A stretch of 64,000 nt of DNA. Origin: an uncultured beta proteobacterium (lineage in GTDB: Bacteria > Pseudomonadota > Gammaproteobacteria > Burkholderiales > SG8-39). Of the stretch, positions 49,917-61,519 are shown piece after piece. The stretch lies in the NCBI GenBank assembly GCA_903859155.1, contig CAIOLO010000116.1:124-64123 (forward strand). The letters run 5' to 3'. Under the pieces are notes generated by a model. The model saw nothing but the letters and a program-made list of their open reading frames with translations. It ran no database searches and had not been told where the DNA came from. A program made the position numbers and the translations under genes. Each line of letters begins with the position of its first letter. Within the stretch, counting starts at the first letter, position 1.

Positions 49917-51110
49917 TCAGGCCGCGCCTTCATAGGCGATGCGCCAGCGTCCGTTTTCGCGGATCCAGTACTGCATCTTGCGCATCTGGTTATTGATGTT
50001 GTTGGAGCGATAGTCCTGGTCAAAATTGACGACCAGCATGTCTTCCTTGCCCGGATTGCGGAATACGCTGACATTGCCCAGCTTGAGCTTGATCCAGTTC
50101 TTGCCTTCGTTCACCTTTTTCTTGCTGGCGGCCCACGAGGCAAGGTCCTGGTCGGCTGATTTGAACTGCCGGGCGTAGTGTGCGAGGTAGCGGCCGATGT
50201 CGCGGCTCTCCCAATCACCCCGCCAGCGCTCGAGCGTCTCCAGAAACTCCTTGCGCTCGACGGCTATCTGTTCGGGCGACGACCACTCAATATGCTCGCT
50301 GATCAGCACCGCGGTCTTGCCCACCTGCAGGTGGCCGGCAAGGACATCGAGATCGACATTCGCGAGCACCACGCAACCGTCGCTTGCGCGCGGCGCCCGG
50401 CTGTAGGTGTCCGAGGGCGTGCCATGCAGCCAGATGCCGTGGCCATTGCGGCCCATGCGCTTGTCCCATTCGTTGGGGTAGTTGATGGGGTATGCGCCGG
50501 ACCCGTAAAAATCGGTGAGTTTTTTGCGCGGCAGGCTCGAGGTGACATGGTAGACGCCAAGCGGTGTCTTCTGATCGCCTTCGCGCGACTTCTCGGCGCC
50601 GCGCTTGCCGATGCTGATGTAATAGTCGTTCACCAGCTGCGGGCGGCTGCCGGTGTTATGGTAGACGAACAGGCGCGAGCGCCCGGTATCGACGACGACC
50701 GCATATTGCTGGTCAGCCGGCATTTGCAAAAGGTAGCGCGGTATCTGGCCGTCGGCGGGACGGTCACGCAGCGCGCGCAGTCGCGCAATCGCTTCCTCGC
50801 GCAGGTCGACAAATTGGTCTTCCTTCCCGTGGGCGGCGTTGCCTACGGTGGTGAGCGGGCGCACCTTTGCCAGCAGCAGGTCACCGCGGATCATGTGTGC
50901 GACCCGGAAATTGGGCTGCACGCGCAAAAGCTGGTCGATATGTGCCAGCGCCGCATCGAAACGCTGCCTGCTGATTTCGTCCAGCGCCTTGTTCAGCAGG
51001 GGCTCGGTTGCCTCCCTCGCGCGGGGCTGGCTTGCGGCTGTCTTGGCGAAACCGGCATCCGCGACCAGCAGGCTCAACGCAAACAGAAATGCGGCAAAGG
51101 TCCTTTGCAT
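49917..51110 (-). CDS. L,D-transpeptidase family protein with C-terminal NTF2-like domain
   Basis: GDQKTPLGVY, INYPN, GIWLHG...SDGC (His/Cys catalytic motif). Confidence 0.9.
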   Translation of the reverse strand: MQRTFAAFLFALSLLVADAGFAKTAASQPRAREATEPLLNKALDEISRQRFDAALAHIDQLLRVQPNFRVAHMIRGDLLLAKVRPLTTVGNAAHGKEDQFVDLREEAIARLRALRDRPADGQIPRYLLQMPADQQYAVVVDTGRSRLFVYHNTGSRPQLVNDYYISIGKRGAEKSREGDQKTPLGVYHVTSSLPRKKLTDFYGSGAYPINYPNEWDKRMGRNGHGIWLHGTPSDTYSRAPRASDGCVVLANVDLDVLAGHLQVGKTAVLISEHIEWSSPEQIAVERKEFLETLERWRGDWESRDIGRYLAHYARQFKSADQDLASWAASKKKVNEGKNWIKLKLGNVSVFRNPGKEDMLVVNFDQDYRSNNINNQMRKMQYWIRENGRWRIAYEGAA

Positions 51111-52213
51111 CAGCTTCCGGTCCGCTCCTGCTGGATCAGCCACTTGCCGTTGCTGCGAACCAGCACAAGTGTCTTGCTGCTGCTGACCTTCAGCGTGTCG
51201 GAGTGATAGCTCTGGCGGAAGCTCACGGATGCGCTATTGGCGGTAATGCTTACCTTGGGTGACTCCACCAGGACCTCGATGCTTTTCGGGGCGTTTATCC
51301 TGCGCCGCCGTTCGGCTTCCCAGGCTGGGCGGGCTTCGCCATTGGGCGTTTTGAAGTCCTGACCATAAAAGGCAAGGTAGGTGCCGACGTCTTTGGTGGA
51401 CCAGGCTTTCGCCCAAGAATTCACGGTCTTCAACAGATCTTCGCTGCCGGCGTTGTCGCTCTTCGCTTCCGCAGCAGGAACCGCTTTGGGCGCCGTGGCT
51501 TTGACTTCAGGCGCCACCGCGGGCGGTGGCGGCGCGGCCTTGGGAGCAGCCTGCGCGACGACTGCCGGCGGTGCGGGTTTGGGAGCAACCTGCGCGACGA
51601 CTGCTGGCGGTGCGGCTTTGGGCGGCTCTGGCGCGCGCGTGACCGGTTCGGGTGGCCGCGTGCTAGTCACAATGGTTGCCCCCGGCTTGGGTGGCGGCTT
51701 GGTGCCGCTCGAGACCAGATCGCGCATCAGCGCAAGCTTGGTCTGCGCAGTCGTGTTAGCCGAATCCAGTTGGAGCGCCTTGTCATAGGCCTGGCTGGCG
51801 AGTTTGCTGTACACGTCGCCCAGATTTTCATATGCGGTGGCGTAGGCCGGATGGGTGCGGATCGACAGTTCCAGCGACTGACGGGCCTTTTCGTACTGGC
51901 CCTGCGAGGCATACAGTACCGCCAGGTTGTTGTACGGTTCGGGCAGTTCCGGGTAGTCCTTGGTCAGGCTGGTCAGAATTTCGATGGCCTCGGCGGCCTT
52001 GTTCTGCTCGGTCAGAATCAGGCCTTTCAGAAAACGGCCCTGCGCATCCTTGGGTTTGCCCGCCAGGTACTGGTTGATGCGTTCCAGCGCCAGCGCGTGC
52101 TGGCCCGAGCGAAGCAGCTTGCTGATCTCTGGCAGGTCACTGGATTGCGCCGCGCTCAGGGCTGCGAAACATGCCAGCGCGAGCGCCACCAGGCTGCGGG
52201 ATAAACGGGTCAT
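51110..52213 (-). CDS. Exported TPR protein with NTF2-like C-terminal domain
   Basis: PEPYNNLAVLYA and AYENLGDVY TPRs, Pro-rich linker, WAKAWS...WLIQQE. Confidence 0.88.
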   Translation of the reverse strand: MTRLSRSLVALALACFAALSAAQSSDLPEISKLLRSGQHALALERINQYLAGKPKDAQGRFLKGLILTEQNKAAEAIEILTSLTKDYPELPEPYNNLAVLYASQGQYEKARQSLELSIRTHPAYATAYENLGDVYSKLASQAYDKALQLDSANTTAQTKLALMRDLVSSGTKPPPKPGATIVTSTRPPEPVTRAPEPPKAAPPAVVAQVAPKPAPPAVVAQAAPKAAPPPPAVAPEVKATAPKAVPAAEAKSDNAGSEDLLKTVNSWAKAWSTKDVGTYLAFYGQDFKTPNGEARPAWEAERRRRINAPKSIEVLVESPKVSITANSASVSFRQSYHSDTLKVSSSKTLVLVRSNGKWLIQQERTGS

Positions 52214-52346
52214 TGTGGTATGCTTTCCTGGGGTTTTCGGGCTCCCGGTCATTGTAGCAAGAAGGCCGCAAAGTTCACAATAATCAATAGTTTTCGCTGT
52301 ATTTCTGCTCCAAATTCCTGGTTATCCGCACATCTTTCGGCTCCGC

Positions 52347-53738
52347 ATGCTCAAGATCTACAACACGCTTACCCGCAGCAAGACTACCTTCATTCCGATC
52401 GCTCCGCCCAAAGTGGGCTTGTATGTGTGCGGCATGACCGTGTATGACTATTGCCATCTGGGCCATGCGCGCGTGATGGTTGTGTTCGACATCGTGCAGC
52501 GCTGGTTGCGCGCCAGTGGTTACCAACTGACCTATGTGCGCAATATCACCGACATCGATGACAAGATCATCAAGCGCGCCGCCGAGAACGGCGAATCCAT
52601 TGCGGCGCTGACCGGACGGTTCATCCACGCAATGGACGAAGACGCGGCGGCTCTGGGAATCGAAAAGCCGGACGCCGAGCCCCGCGCGACGGATTACATC
52701 GAAGACATGCAGGCGCTGATCGGACGCCTGCAGGCCAATGGGCTGGCCTATGAGGCATCCGGCGGCGATGTGAATTTTTCGGTTCGCAAGTTTCCCGGCT
52801 ATGGTCGACTCTCCGGCAAGTCGCTGGAGGACCTGCGTGCCGGCGAGCGCGTGGAAGTGGATTCCGCCAAGCAGGACCCTCTTGATTTTGTGCTGTGGAA
52901 GCGCGCCAAGGAGGATGAACCGTTCTGGAAATCACCGTGGGGCGCGGGCCGGCCGGGCTGGCACATCGAATGTTCGGCGATGTCCACGCACCTGCTGGGA
53001 GAGCATTTCGATATTCACGGCGGCGGGCAGGATCTGCAATTTCCGCATCATGAAAACGAGATTGCGCAATCCGAGGGGGCGTTGCCTGCCGGTCACCCGC
53101 GGCATTTCGTCAATGTCTGGATGCACAATGGCTTCGTTCGCGTTGACAACGAGAAGATGTCCAAGTCGCTGGGCAATTTCTTTACCGTCCGCGAGGTTCT
53201 GAAGCGCTACGATCCTGAGGTGGTGCGCTTTTTCATCGCGCGCGCGCATTACCGCAGCCCGCTCAATTACTCCGACCAGCACCTGGATGACGCACGCGGC
53301 GCCTTGACACGCCTGTACACCGCGCTCAAGGGCTTCCCCGTCACCGCGACGCCGCCCGACTGGAACAGCCCCCACGCGGCACGCTTTCGCGATTCCTTGG
53401 ACGACGATTTCAATACTCCGGAGGCCATGGCAGCGCTGTTCGACATGGCCGGAGAACTGAACCGGACGCGCTCGCCGGAACTGGCCGCGCAGTTGCGGGC
53501 GCTGGGAGGGTTGCTGGGCCTCCTGGGCCGCGATGGCGACGCGTTTCTCAAAACAGTCGCCGGCAGCACCGATGCCGGAGCACAGACACCTGAGCAGATC
53601 GAAGACCTTATCGCGCAACGCTCCGCCGCAAAGAAAGCGAAGAACTTCGCCGAAGCCGATACCATTCGCAAACAACTCGCCGACGCTGGCGTCATCCTAG
53701 AGGACAGTCCCCAAGGCACCACCTGGCGCCGCGCCTAG
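52347..53738 (+). CDS. cysS: Cysteine--tRNA ligase
   Basis: [32 protein letters not shown]. Confidence 0.98.
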   Translation: MLKIYNTLTRSKTTFIPIAPPKVGLYVCGMTVYDYCHLGHARVMVVFDIVQRWLRASGYQLTYVRNITDIDDKIIKRAAENGESIAALTGRFIHAMDEDAAALGIEKPDAEPRATDYIEDMQALIGRLQANGLAYEASGGDVNFSVRKFPGYGRLSGKSLEDLRAGERVEVDSAKQDPLDFVLWKRAKEDEPFWKSPWGAGRPGWHIECSAMSTHLLGEHFDIHGGGQDLQFPHHENEIAQSEGALPAGHPRHFVNVWMHNGFVRVDNEKMSKSLGNFFTVREVLKRYDPEVVRFFIARAHYRSPLNYSDQHLDDARGALTRLYTALKGFPVTATPPDWNSPHAARFRDSLDDDFNTPEAMAALFDMAGELNRTRSPELAAQLRALGGLLGLLGRDGDAFLKTVAGSTDAGAQTPEQIEDLIAQRSAAKKAKNFAEADTIRKQLADAGVILEDSPQGTTWRRA

Positions 53739-53796
53739 TCACTTACGAACCATGTGTTGCCGCAATTGGTGATGAATCAGGGTTTGTATGCGTTCT

Positions 53797-53838
53797 GACT
53801 TTTTGCAAAGTTGCGCTTTTGCAACTATGCAAAAAGTC
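53797..53838. repeat. 18-bp inverted repeat between convergent cysS and dnaJ
   Basis: GACTTTTTGCAAAGTTGC-GCTTTT-GCAACTATGCAAAAAGTC (1 mismatch). Confidence 0.7.
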
Positions 53839-53892
53839 GGGAAAAAGCGGGCGCCATGGCGAAGCATGCTGTTTGGCTCCGGCTATCCCAGC

Positions 53893-55011
53893 TTAGGGCT
53901 CGAAGAACTCCTTCACTTTGTCGAACCACGATTTCGATCGCGGATTGTGGCGCTCGCGGTCCTTCAGGCTGATCGCCTCGAATTCGCGCATGAGTTCCTT
54001 CTGACGGTCGGTCAGGTTGACCGGAGTTTCCACCGCTACATGGCAGTGGAGGTCGCCATGGGTGTGACTGCGCACGCCCTTGATGCCTTTGCCGCGCAGG
54101 CGGAACACCTTGCCTGACTGCGTTTCGGCCGGGATCTTGATGGTGGCGGTGCCATCGAGCGTGGGGATGGCGATGTCGCCGCCCAGCGCGATGGTCGCAA
54201 ACGAGACCGGCATTTCGCAATGCAAATGATCACCTTCGCGTTGAAACACCGCGTGCGGCTTGACCTGGATCTGCACGTATAGATCGCCGGTCGGGCCGCC
54301 GTTGACCCCGGCCTCGCCTTCGCCGGCGAGGCGGATGCGATCCCCCTCGTCCACGCCGGACGGAATCTTGACTGCAAGCGTCTTCTGGTGCTTGACCCGG
54401 CCCGCGCCGTGGCAGGTGCCACAGGGGTCGGAGATGACCTTGCCGGTGCCATGACATTTCGGGCAGGTCTGCTGTATCGAGAAAAACCCCTGCTGCATGC
54501 GTACCTGCCCATGGCCTTTGCAGGTGGGGCAGGTTGCCGGTTTGGTTCCCGGTTTGGCGCCGCTGCCCGAACAGGCTGTGCAGTTCTGCTGCGTGGGAAT
54601 GCGGATCTTGGTTTCCGTGCCGCGCGCGGCCTGTTCCAGTGTGACCTCGAGGTTGTAGCGCAGATCGGCGCCGCGATACACCGAGGAGCGACCACCGCGT
54701 CCCTGGCCGAAAATGTCGCCGAAAATGTCGCCGAAGGCGTCGCCGAAACCGCCCATGCCGGCCGCGCCCGCGCCGGCCGATGGGTCGACGCCGGCATGGC
54801 CGAAGCGGTCATAGGCGGCGCGCTTGTCGGCGTCAGAGAGCATTTCGTAGGCTTCCTTGGCCTCCTTGAACTTGTCCTCGGCGCCCTTGTCCCCCGCATT
54901 GCGGTCGGGATGATGCTTCATGGCAAGACGCCGGTAAGCCTTCTTGATCGACTCTTCATCGGCATCGCGATTGACGCCCAGAACTTCGTAGTAATCGCGT
55001 TTAGTCGCCAT
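53893..55011 (-). CDS. dnaJ: Chaperone DnaJ
   Basis: HPD J-domain, G/F region, four CxxCxGxG repeats. Confidence 0.98.
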   Translation of the reverse strand: MATKRDYYEVLGVNRDADEESIKKAYRRLAMKHHPDRNAGDKGAEDKFKEAKEAYEMLSDADKRAAYDRFGHAGVDPSAGAGAAGMGGFGDAFGDIFGDIFGQGRGGRSSVYRGADLRYNLEVTLEQAARGTETKIRIPTQQNCTACSGSGAKPGTKPATCPTCKGHGQVRMQQGFFSIQQTCPKCHGTGKVISDPCGTCHGAGRVKHQKTLAVKIPSGVDEGDRIRLAGEGEAGVNGGPTGDLYVQIQVKPHAVFQREGDHLHCEMPVSFATIALGGDIAIPTLDGTATIKIPAETQSGKVFRLRGKGIKGVRSHTHGDLHCHVAVETPVNLTDRQKELMREFEAISLKDRERHNPRSKSWFDKVKEFFEP

Positions 55012-55122
55012 GGTTCCTCAATAACTCCGCGTTCTTGAAAATCGAACAGCCGGGATCCACGGCGAGCGCAGCTCGTCCCGTGTATCCCGGCTTGTCAAAC
55101 CAGCGCGACTTGCGTGCCGGAT

Positions 55123-57057
55123 TTAAGCTTTCTTGTCTTTGACCTCGGTGAACTCCGCGTCAACCACATCGCCTTCGTCCTTGGCCGGTTGCTTGCCGCC
55201 CGCGGCATCCCCGGCTTCCTTTGCTCCAGCGGCGGCCTGCGCATCGGCGTACATTTTCTCGCCGAGTTTCTGTGCCGACTGCCCCAGTTCCTGCGCCGTG
55301 GCATCGATCTTGTCCTTGTCGTCGCCTTTGAGCGCCTCTTCGGCATCCTTGAGGCTGGACTCGATTTTCGCCTTTTCGTCCGCGCCGATCTTGTCGCCAT
55401 ATTCGCCCAGTGACTTCTTCACGGAGTGGACCAGCGCATCCAGTTGATTGCGTGCGGTGACCAGTTCCACCAGTTTTTTATCCTCGGCCGCATGGACTTC
55501 GGCATCCTTCACCATTTTCTGGATTTCCTCCTCGGACAGGCCGGAGTTCGCCTTGATGGTGATCTTGTTTTCCTTGCCGGTTGCCTTGTCCTTGGCCGAC
55601 ACATGCAGGATGCCGTTTGCGTCGATGTCGAAAGTCACCTCGATCTGCGGCATGCCGCGCGGTGCCGTGGGTATGCCCTCCAGGTTGAACTGGCCCAGGC
55701 TCTTGTTGCCCGCGGCGCGTTCGCGCTCGCCCTGCAGCACGTGGATGGTCACCGCCGACTGGTTGTCGTCGGCGGTTGAAAATACCTGCTGTGCCTTGGT
55801 CGGGATGGTGGTGTTTTTCTGTATGAGCTTGGTCAGCACCCCGCCCAGTGTCTCGATGCCCAATGACAGCGGGGTGACATCGAGCAACAGCACGTCCTTG
55901 ACATCGCCCTTGAGTACCCCGCCCTGGATGGCCGCACCGACAGCCACCGCCTCGTCGGGATTGACGTCCTTGCGCGGTTCCTTGCCGAAGAACTCGCGCA
56001 CCTTGTCCTGCACCTTGGGCATGCGCGTCATGCCGCCCACCAGAATGACGTCGGCAATGTCGGTGAGTTTCACCCCGGCGTCCTTGATGGCCATGCGGCA
56101 GGGTTCGATGGTGCGGGCGATCAACTCTTCGACCAGGCTTTCGAACTTGGCGCGCGTGACCTTTATCGCCAGATGCTTGGGGCCGCTGGCATCGGCCGTG
56201 ACATACGGCAGGTTCACATCGGTCTGCTGCGCGGAGGAAAGTTCGATCTTCGCCTTTTCCGCAGCTTCCTTCAGCCGCTGCAGCGCGAGCACGTCCTTGC
56301 GCAGATCGATGCCCTGTTCGCGCTTGAATTCATCGCACAGGTAGTCGATCAGGCGCTGGTCGAAATCCTCGCCGCCGAGGAAGGTGTCGCCGTTGGTGGA
56401 GAGCACCTCGAACTGGTGTTCGCCCTCGATCGCGGCAATTTCGATGATCGAGACGTCAAAAGTGCCACCGCCCAGGTCGTAGACCGCAATCTTGCGGTCG
56501 CCTTCCTGCTTGTCCATGCCGAAGGCCAGCGCCGCCGCAGTCGGCTCGTTGATGATGCGCTTGACATCCAGGCCGGCAATACGGCCCGCATCCTTGGTTG
56601 CCTGGCGCTGTGAATCATTGAAATACGCGGGAACGGTGATGACAGCTTCTGTGACTTCCTCGCCGAGATAGTCCTCGGCGGTCTTCTTCATCTTGCGCAG
56701 GACCTGCGCCGACACCTCGGGCGGCGCGATTTTCTTGCCGCGGACCTCGACCCAGGCATCGCCGTTGTCGGCCTTGCTGATCCTGAAGGGCATCAGGTCG
56801 ATGTCCTTCTGCACTTCCTTTTCCTCGAAGCGCCGTCCGATCAGCCGTTTCACCGCGTACAGGGTGTTTTGGGGGTTGGTGACGGCCTGGCGCTTGGCCG
56901 AGGCCCCGACCAGCACTTCGCCGTCTTCCTGATAGGCGACGATCGAGGGAGTGGTGCGCGCGCCTTCGGAGTTCTCGATTACTTTGGGCGAGCCGCCTTC
57001 CATAATAGATACGCAGGAGTTGGTCGTCCCGAGGTCAATTCCGATGATCTTGCTCAT
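55123..57057 (-). CDS. dnaK: Chaperone DnaK
   Basis: [25 protein letters not shown]. Confidence 0.99.
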   Translation of the reverse strand: MSKIIGIDLGTTNSCVSIMEGGSPKVIENSEGARTTPSIVAYQEDGEVLVGASAKRQAVTNPQNTLYAVKRLIGRRFEEKEVQKDIDLMPFRISKADNGDAWVEVRGKKIAPPEVSAQVLRKMKKTAEDYLGEEVTEAVITVPAYFNDSQRQATKDAGRIAGLDVKRIINEPTAAALAFGMDKQEGDRKIAVYDLGGGTFDVSIIEIAAIEGEHQFEVLSTNGDTFLGGEDFDQRLIDYLCDEFKREQGIDLRKDVLALQRLKEAAEKAKIELSSAQQTDVNLPYVTADASGPKHLAIKVTRAKFESLVEELIARTIEPCRMAIKDAGVKLTDIADVILVGGMTRMPKVQDKVREFFGKEPRKDVNPDEAVAVGAAIQGGVLKGDVKDVLLLDVTPLSLGIETLGGVLTKLIQKNTTIPTKAQQVFSTADDNQSAVTIHVLQGERERAAGNKSLGQFNLEGIPTAPRGMPQIEVTFDIDANGILHVSAKDKATGKENKITIKANSGLSEEEIQKMVKDAEVHAAEDKKLVELVTARNQLDALVHSVKKSLGEYGDKIGADEKAKIESSLKDAEEALKGDDKDKIDATAQELGQSAQKLGEKMYADAQAAAGAKEAGDAAGGKQPAKDEGDVVDAEFTEVKDKKA

Positions 57058-57092
57058 GGCGTTTCCTTAAAGTTTCGTGCTGATAGCGGTGG

Positions 57093-57121
57093 ATATTGGG
57101 GCGCAAGGCGTGCGCTTCAAG
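57093..57121 (-). promoter_or_regulatory. Sigma32-type promoter of dnaK
   Basis: CTTGAAG-N13-CCCCAATAT on the minus strand. Confidence 0.75.
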
Positions 57122-57140
57122 CGGAGGGCAATGCGGGACT

Positions 57141-57695
57141 TCAAACTGGTTTGCCTGCGGCCACGGTAACCAGGGCCGGGCGGATCACCCTGTCATGCAG
57201 CAGATAGCCTTTCTGCAGCACGTTGATGACCGTGTTGGGCTCCTTGTCGGAGGGCAGCATCGAGATGGCCTGATGCCGATGCGGGTCGAATTTTTCGCCG
57301 ACCGGATTGATTTCCTTGAGGCGGCTCTTATCGAACACCTGGGCAAGCTGCTTCAAGGTGAGTTCCACGCCGTTTCGCAGTGCTTCCAGCGTGGCGTTTT
57401 CCGTTGCGAGCGCAGCCTCCAGGCTGTCCCTCACCGGAAGCAGTTCGCTGGCCAGGCTTTCCACGGCGAATTTGTGCGCGTTACTGACATCTGTTTGGGC
57501 GCGCTTGCGCACATTCTCGGTTTCAGCCTTGGCGCGAAGCCAGGATTCGTGGTGTTCCCTGGCGCGGGCCTCGGCCTGGGCCAGAAGTTCTTCAGGGTGC
57601 TGCGGGCTCTCCGGCACGGACGCGGTCCCCTCGGGGGCATCGGCGTTCAAAGCAGACGACATGGCAGCGTTATCAGGTTGTATTGGGTCGGACAT
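57141..57695 (-). CDS. grpE: Nucleotide exchange factor GrpE
   Basis: [37 protein letters not shown]. Confidence 0.97.
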   Translation of the reverse strand: MSDPIQPDNAAMSSALNADAPEGTASVPESPQHPEELLAQAEARAREHHESWLRAKAETENVRKRAQTDVSNAHKFAVESLASELLPVRDSLEAALATENATLEALRNGVELTLKQLAQVFDKSRLKEINPVGEKFDPHRHQAISMLPSDKEPNTVINVLQKGYLLHDRVIRPALVTVAAGKPV

Positions 57696-57728
57696 TTAAA
57701 TTCAGCGCTCCTGGCGACAAGCAACCCA

Positions 57729-57755
57729 AATTGGGGCGGAATTTGCCATTTCAAG
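57729..57755 (-). promoter_or_regulatory. Sigma32-type promoter of grpE
   Basis: CTTGAAA-N12-CCCCAATT on the minus strand. Confidence 0.75.
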
Positions 57756-57914
57756 TCCTGGCAGGCAGCTACGCCCGCGCTTGTCGAAAACGACTTTGCC
57801 CGCCATGGGGCAGGCGTGGCGGGAAAACAGCGCCTGGGTAGCTTATCCGGCCCCGGTGCGGACTCGATTTAGGTAGGACCTAACTGGGGAAATGCCGCAG
57901 CCAGGGGGGCGCGC

Positions 57915-59006
57915 CTACGCCTGCCCTGGCGGGTTTTGCCTGGCGACCCGGATCTTGTAATTCAAAAGGGTCAGCAGCAGCAGCAGTAGCGCCGCTCCGC
58001 CATTGTGAAGCACCGCCATGGCCAGCGGAAAATCCAGAAAAACGGTGAGTACGCCGGTCGCAAACTGCAGCGATATCGCGCCCAGGATCCAGTACCCGGT
58101 TTTTTCCAATCCCCTGATTTTTATGGATTTGAACGCCACCCAGGCAACCATGGCGACTGCTGCAACGGCGAACACACGGTGCGTCCAATGAATTGCGGTG
58201 AGCGCGTTAAGAGGCAGGAATTCGCCGTTGCTGGTCATGCCCAGATCGCGCCACAGCGTAAAGCCATTGGCGAAATCCATGGGCGGAAACAGCGCGCCCT
58301 GGCACAGCAGGACATCCATGCAAACCAGGACGGCGTAATTGGTGCTGACCCACCCGCCGAGCGCGATCTGGATGGCCAGCATCACCGTTGCCAGTGCCGC
58401 CGACAGCTGCAAAGTCGCCGCTGCAGGTGGTACCAGAGGGGGGGCGTTCTGGCGCGAACCGAACCAGGTCAACAGTGCCAGCAATGCCATGCCCAGCAGC
58501 AGATGAATCGTCACGATTGCCGGCTGCAATTTCATGGTGACGGTCCATGCGCCGAAAGCTCCTTGCAGGCAGACAAAGGCGAAAAGAAAGGTTGGGAACA
58601 CGGGTAGAAACTTCGCGTCCCGGCGGCCCGATTGCAGCCATTTGCGCCATGAAGTGAACAGCAAGGAAACAATCAGCACGCCTATGGCCATTGCGACGTA
58701 GCGGTGAATCATTTCGATCCACGCCTTCAGGACCGTGACCGGACCGGCCGGCATCGCGGCCTCGGCGGCGCTGATGTCCGCATGGGCCTGCAGCGGGTCC
58801 GCCTGTCCGTAGCATCCAGGCCAGTCCGGGCATCCGAGGCCGGAATCGGTCAGCCGCGTGAATGCGCCAAACATGATCAGATCAAAGGTGAGGAACAGTG
58901 TCACCCAGATCAGCTTGCGGTATTTGTCGGCGTCGCCGGATACCCAGACGATTGCAAGAGGCAACATGGCCGCCAGCATGCCCAAAGCGGCGAGCTGAAT
59001 CAGCAT
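57915..59006 (-). CDS. ctaA: COX15/CtaA heme A synthase
   Basis: TRLTDSGLGCPDWPGC, EMIHR, conserved His residues in TM helices. Confidence 0.9.
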   Translation of the reverse strand: MLIQLAALGMLAAMLPLAIVWVSGDADKYRKLIWVTLFLTFDLIMFGAFTRLTDSGLGCPDWPGCYGQADPLQAHADISAAEAAMPAGPVTVLKAWIEMIHRYVAMAIGVLIVSLLFTSWRKWLQSGRRDAKFLPVFPTFLFAFVCLQGAFGAWTVTMKLQPAIVTIHLLLGMALLALLTWFGSRQNAPPLVPPAAATLQLSAALATVMLAIQIALGGWVSTNYAVLVCMDVLLCQGALFPPMDFANGFTLWRDLGMTSNGEFLPLNALTAIHWTHRVFAVAAVAMVAWVAFKSIKIRGLEKTGYWILGAISLQFATGVLTVFLDFPLAMAVLHNGGAALLLLLLTLLNYKIRVARQNPPGQA

Positions 59007-59143
59007 GATGTCGGCCCTGCACCTGGCAATTCAGTTGCTCCATAGTCGGGTGAAATTCCGCATGCGTCAGCACCCGGAACCCCGCATATTCGTACAACCG
59101 GCAAGACCTGGATTGATCCAGGGCAAAGGTCGGGGAGGCGGCG

Positions 59144-60229
59144 CTATTTCTTTGCGCCCAGTGCCATGGCGCGCTTTCTGGTCGCATCGGCCGCGTCAGG
59201 CGCTGCCGGTTCCCAGCCCGGTAAATGGCCGGCGCAGATTTCCTGCAGCGCCCGGACCCAGTCTTCACGCGCATTGAGGCAGGGCAGGAGGTGGAACTCC
59301 TTTCCTCCGGCGGCAAGAAAGGTGTGACGGCCTTCGATGCCGATTTCTTCGAGTGTTTCGAGGCAATCCGCAACAAACCCGGGGCAGACGACATCGACGC
59401 GACCGCTTGCCTTGCGACCCCATTCGCGCAGGGTTGCGACGGTGTACGGTTCCAGCCAGCGCGCCGCGCCGAAACGGGACTGAAAGGAAATCTGCCATTC
59501 CTCCGCCGCGAGGCCGAGAGCATCGGCCAGCAGGCGCGCAGTTTTGTGGCACTCGCAATGATAGGGGTCGCCCTTGTCCAGCGTGTACCGCGGCAAGCCA
59601 TGAAAACTCATCAGCAGGCGCGCGGGTCTGCCGTGGCGCTCCCAATGGTCGCTGACCAGGCGGGTGAGGGCGCGGATGTACGCCGGGTGGTCGTGAAAAT
59701 GCCGGATCCAGCGTATTTCGGGAACATTGCGGGTGCGCCGCAGCCAATTTCCGACGGCATCGTAGGCCGCGCCGGTCGTGCTGGCGGCATATTGTGGGTA
59801 CAACGGCACCAGCAGGACGCGCTCGGTCCCGGCAGCGCGCAGTTTGTTCAATACGGATTCGATCGAAGGGTTGCCGTAGCACATTGCATACTCAACCAGT
59901 GAAACCGCACTCCCCGATTCGGGCAGGCGCCGGCGCAGTTCCGCGGCAAGGTGCTCGCTGTGCATACGCAAGGGCGATCCGCCATTGGTCCAGACCGCGG
60001 CATATTTGCGGGCCGAGGCCGCGGGCCGGGTCCACAAGATGATGCCGTTCAATATCAACCACCACAGGGCGCGCGGAATTTCCACGACCCTGGGATCGGA
60101 AAGGAATTGTTTGAGGTAGCGCCGTACCGACCAGAAATCCGGGGCGTCGGGTGTGCCCAGGTTGATCAGCAGGATCGCGGTGCGTGGCAGTGCGCCGTGT
60201 TCGAATTCAGGCTCGGGAAGATACGACAT
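59144..60229 (-). CDS. hemH: Ferrochelatase
   Basis: [40 protein letters not shown]. Confidence 0.97.
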   Translation of the reverse strand: MSYLPEPEFEHGALPRTAILLINLGTPDAPDFWSVRRYLKQFLSDPRVVEIPRALWWLILNGIILWTRPAASARKYAAVWTNGGSPLRMHSEHLAAELRRRLPESGSAVSLVEYAMCYGNPSIESVLNKLRAAGTERVLLVPLYPQYAASTTGAAYDAVGNWLRRTRNVPEIRWIRHFHDHPAYIRALTRLVSDHWERHGRPARLLMSFHGLPRYTLDKGDPYHCECHKTARLLADALGLAAEEWQISFQSRFGAARWLEPYTVATLREWGRKASGRVDVVCPGFVADCLETLEEIGIEGRHTFLAAGGKEFHLLPCLNAREDWVRALQEICAGHLPGWEPAAPDAADATRKRAMALGAKK

Positions 60230-60274
60230 GTCAGGTATTGGGTGGCCTCTGGGTGAATACCTGCCGCAGCGGTT

Positions 60275-61294
60275 TTAATGCTGGGACAGTGCGCTGGAGA
60301 GCAGTCTCGCGGTGATATCCACGATCGGAATAATGCGCTCGTAGGCCATGCGGGTGGGGCCGATGACCCCCACCGTGCCAACGACCCGTCCGTCCACTTC
60401 GTAGGGGGCGGTGACCACGCTGCACTCGTCCAGCGGCGCGATGCCGGATTCCCCGCCGATGAATATCTGCACCCCCTGGGCGCGCGTGCTGCTGTCCAGA
60501 ATCTGGATGATCTGCGTTTTACGGTCGAACAGCTCGAATAATTCGCGCAACCGCTTCATGTTGGATGCCAGATCCTGCGAATCGAGCAGGTTCTTCTCTC
60601 CGGAGATGACATATTCCTCGGACGATTCCGTAATCGCCCGGTCACTTGCCTCCATGGCGGTGGTCATTAGCGAGGTCATGTCCTCCCGGTGCTGCTTCAA
60701 TTCGTCCTGCAAACGCCTGCGGATCTGGTCGAAGGTCAAGCCCGCGTAGTTCTGGTTGAGAAAATTCGCGGCCGTGGTCAGGTCCGAAGGCGTGAACGCC
60801 TTGTCGGTCAACAGAATGCGGTTCTGCACGTTGCCATCTGGTGTGACGATGATCAGCAGCACTCTTTTTTCGGACAGGGAAAGGAACTCGATATGGCGGA
60901 AGGCCTGCGATTTGCGCCGCGGGGCGACCACCACCCCGGCAAAGTGAGTCAGTTCCGAGAGCAGTTGCGAGGCCGAACTGATGAGCTTTTGCGGATGTTC
61001 GCGGTGAAAGTTGCCTTCAAGCTGGTCGATTTCGACGCGATCCAGCGGCTTGGTGGTGAGCAGAGTGTCCACGAACAGGCGATACCCGCGCGGCGTCGGA
61101 ACACGCCCTGCCGACGTATGTGGACTGGCTATGAACCCGAGGTCTTCAAGGTCCGCCATCACATTCCTGATGGTTGCCGGCGAAAGGTCCAGTCCGGAGT
61201 AACGCGAGAGCGCGCGCGACCCCACCGGTTCGCCTTCCACGATGTATCGTTCAACCAGCGTTTTGAGAAGAATTTGTGCGCGACGATCAAGCAT
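60275..61294 (-). CDS. hrcA: Heat-inducible transcription repressor
   Basis: [37 protein letters not shown]. Confidence 0.97.
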   Translation of the reverse strand: MLDRRAQILLKTLVERYIVEGEPVGSRALSRYSGLDLSPATIRNVMADLEDLGFIASPHTSAGRVPTPRGYRLFVDTLLTTKPLDRVEIDQLEGNFHREHPQKLISSASQLLSELTHFAGVVVAPRRKSQAFRHIEFLSLSEKRVLLIIVTPDGNVQNRILLTDKAFTPSDLTTAANFLNQNYAGLTFDQIRRRLQDELKQHREDMTSLMTTAMEASDRAITESSEEYVISGEKNLLDSQDLASNMKRLRELFELFDRKTQIIQILDSSTRAQGVQIFIGGESGIAPLDECSVVTAPYEVDGRVVGTVGVIGPTRMAYERIIPIVDITARLLSSALSQH

Positions 61295-61519
61295 GAAATC
61301 CATTCTACAGAAAAGATCCCTGAACGTTAGGACGGTTGTGTTCGCGGGGCCGCCTTTTGCTGACGGCTCCCTCGCCATGCCCCGCATCGAGGTCGACCCG
61401 TCGGGGACTTTGAGCGGGGCCCCGATTATCGCGACGGTGTCGGATCGCATTCCGGCCATGCAAACTTTGTTGTTTCGGCAAGTTTCTGTTTTAATGACTG
61501 TTCAATCCTGGTTTCGCCC

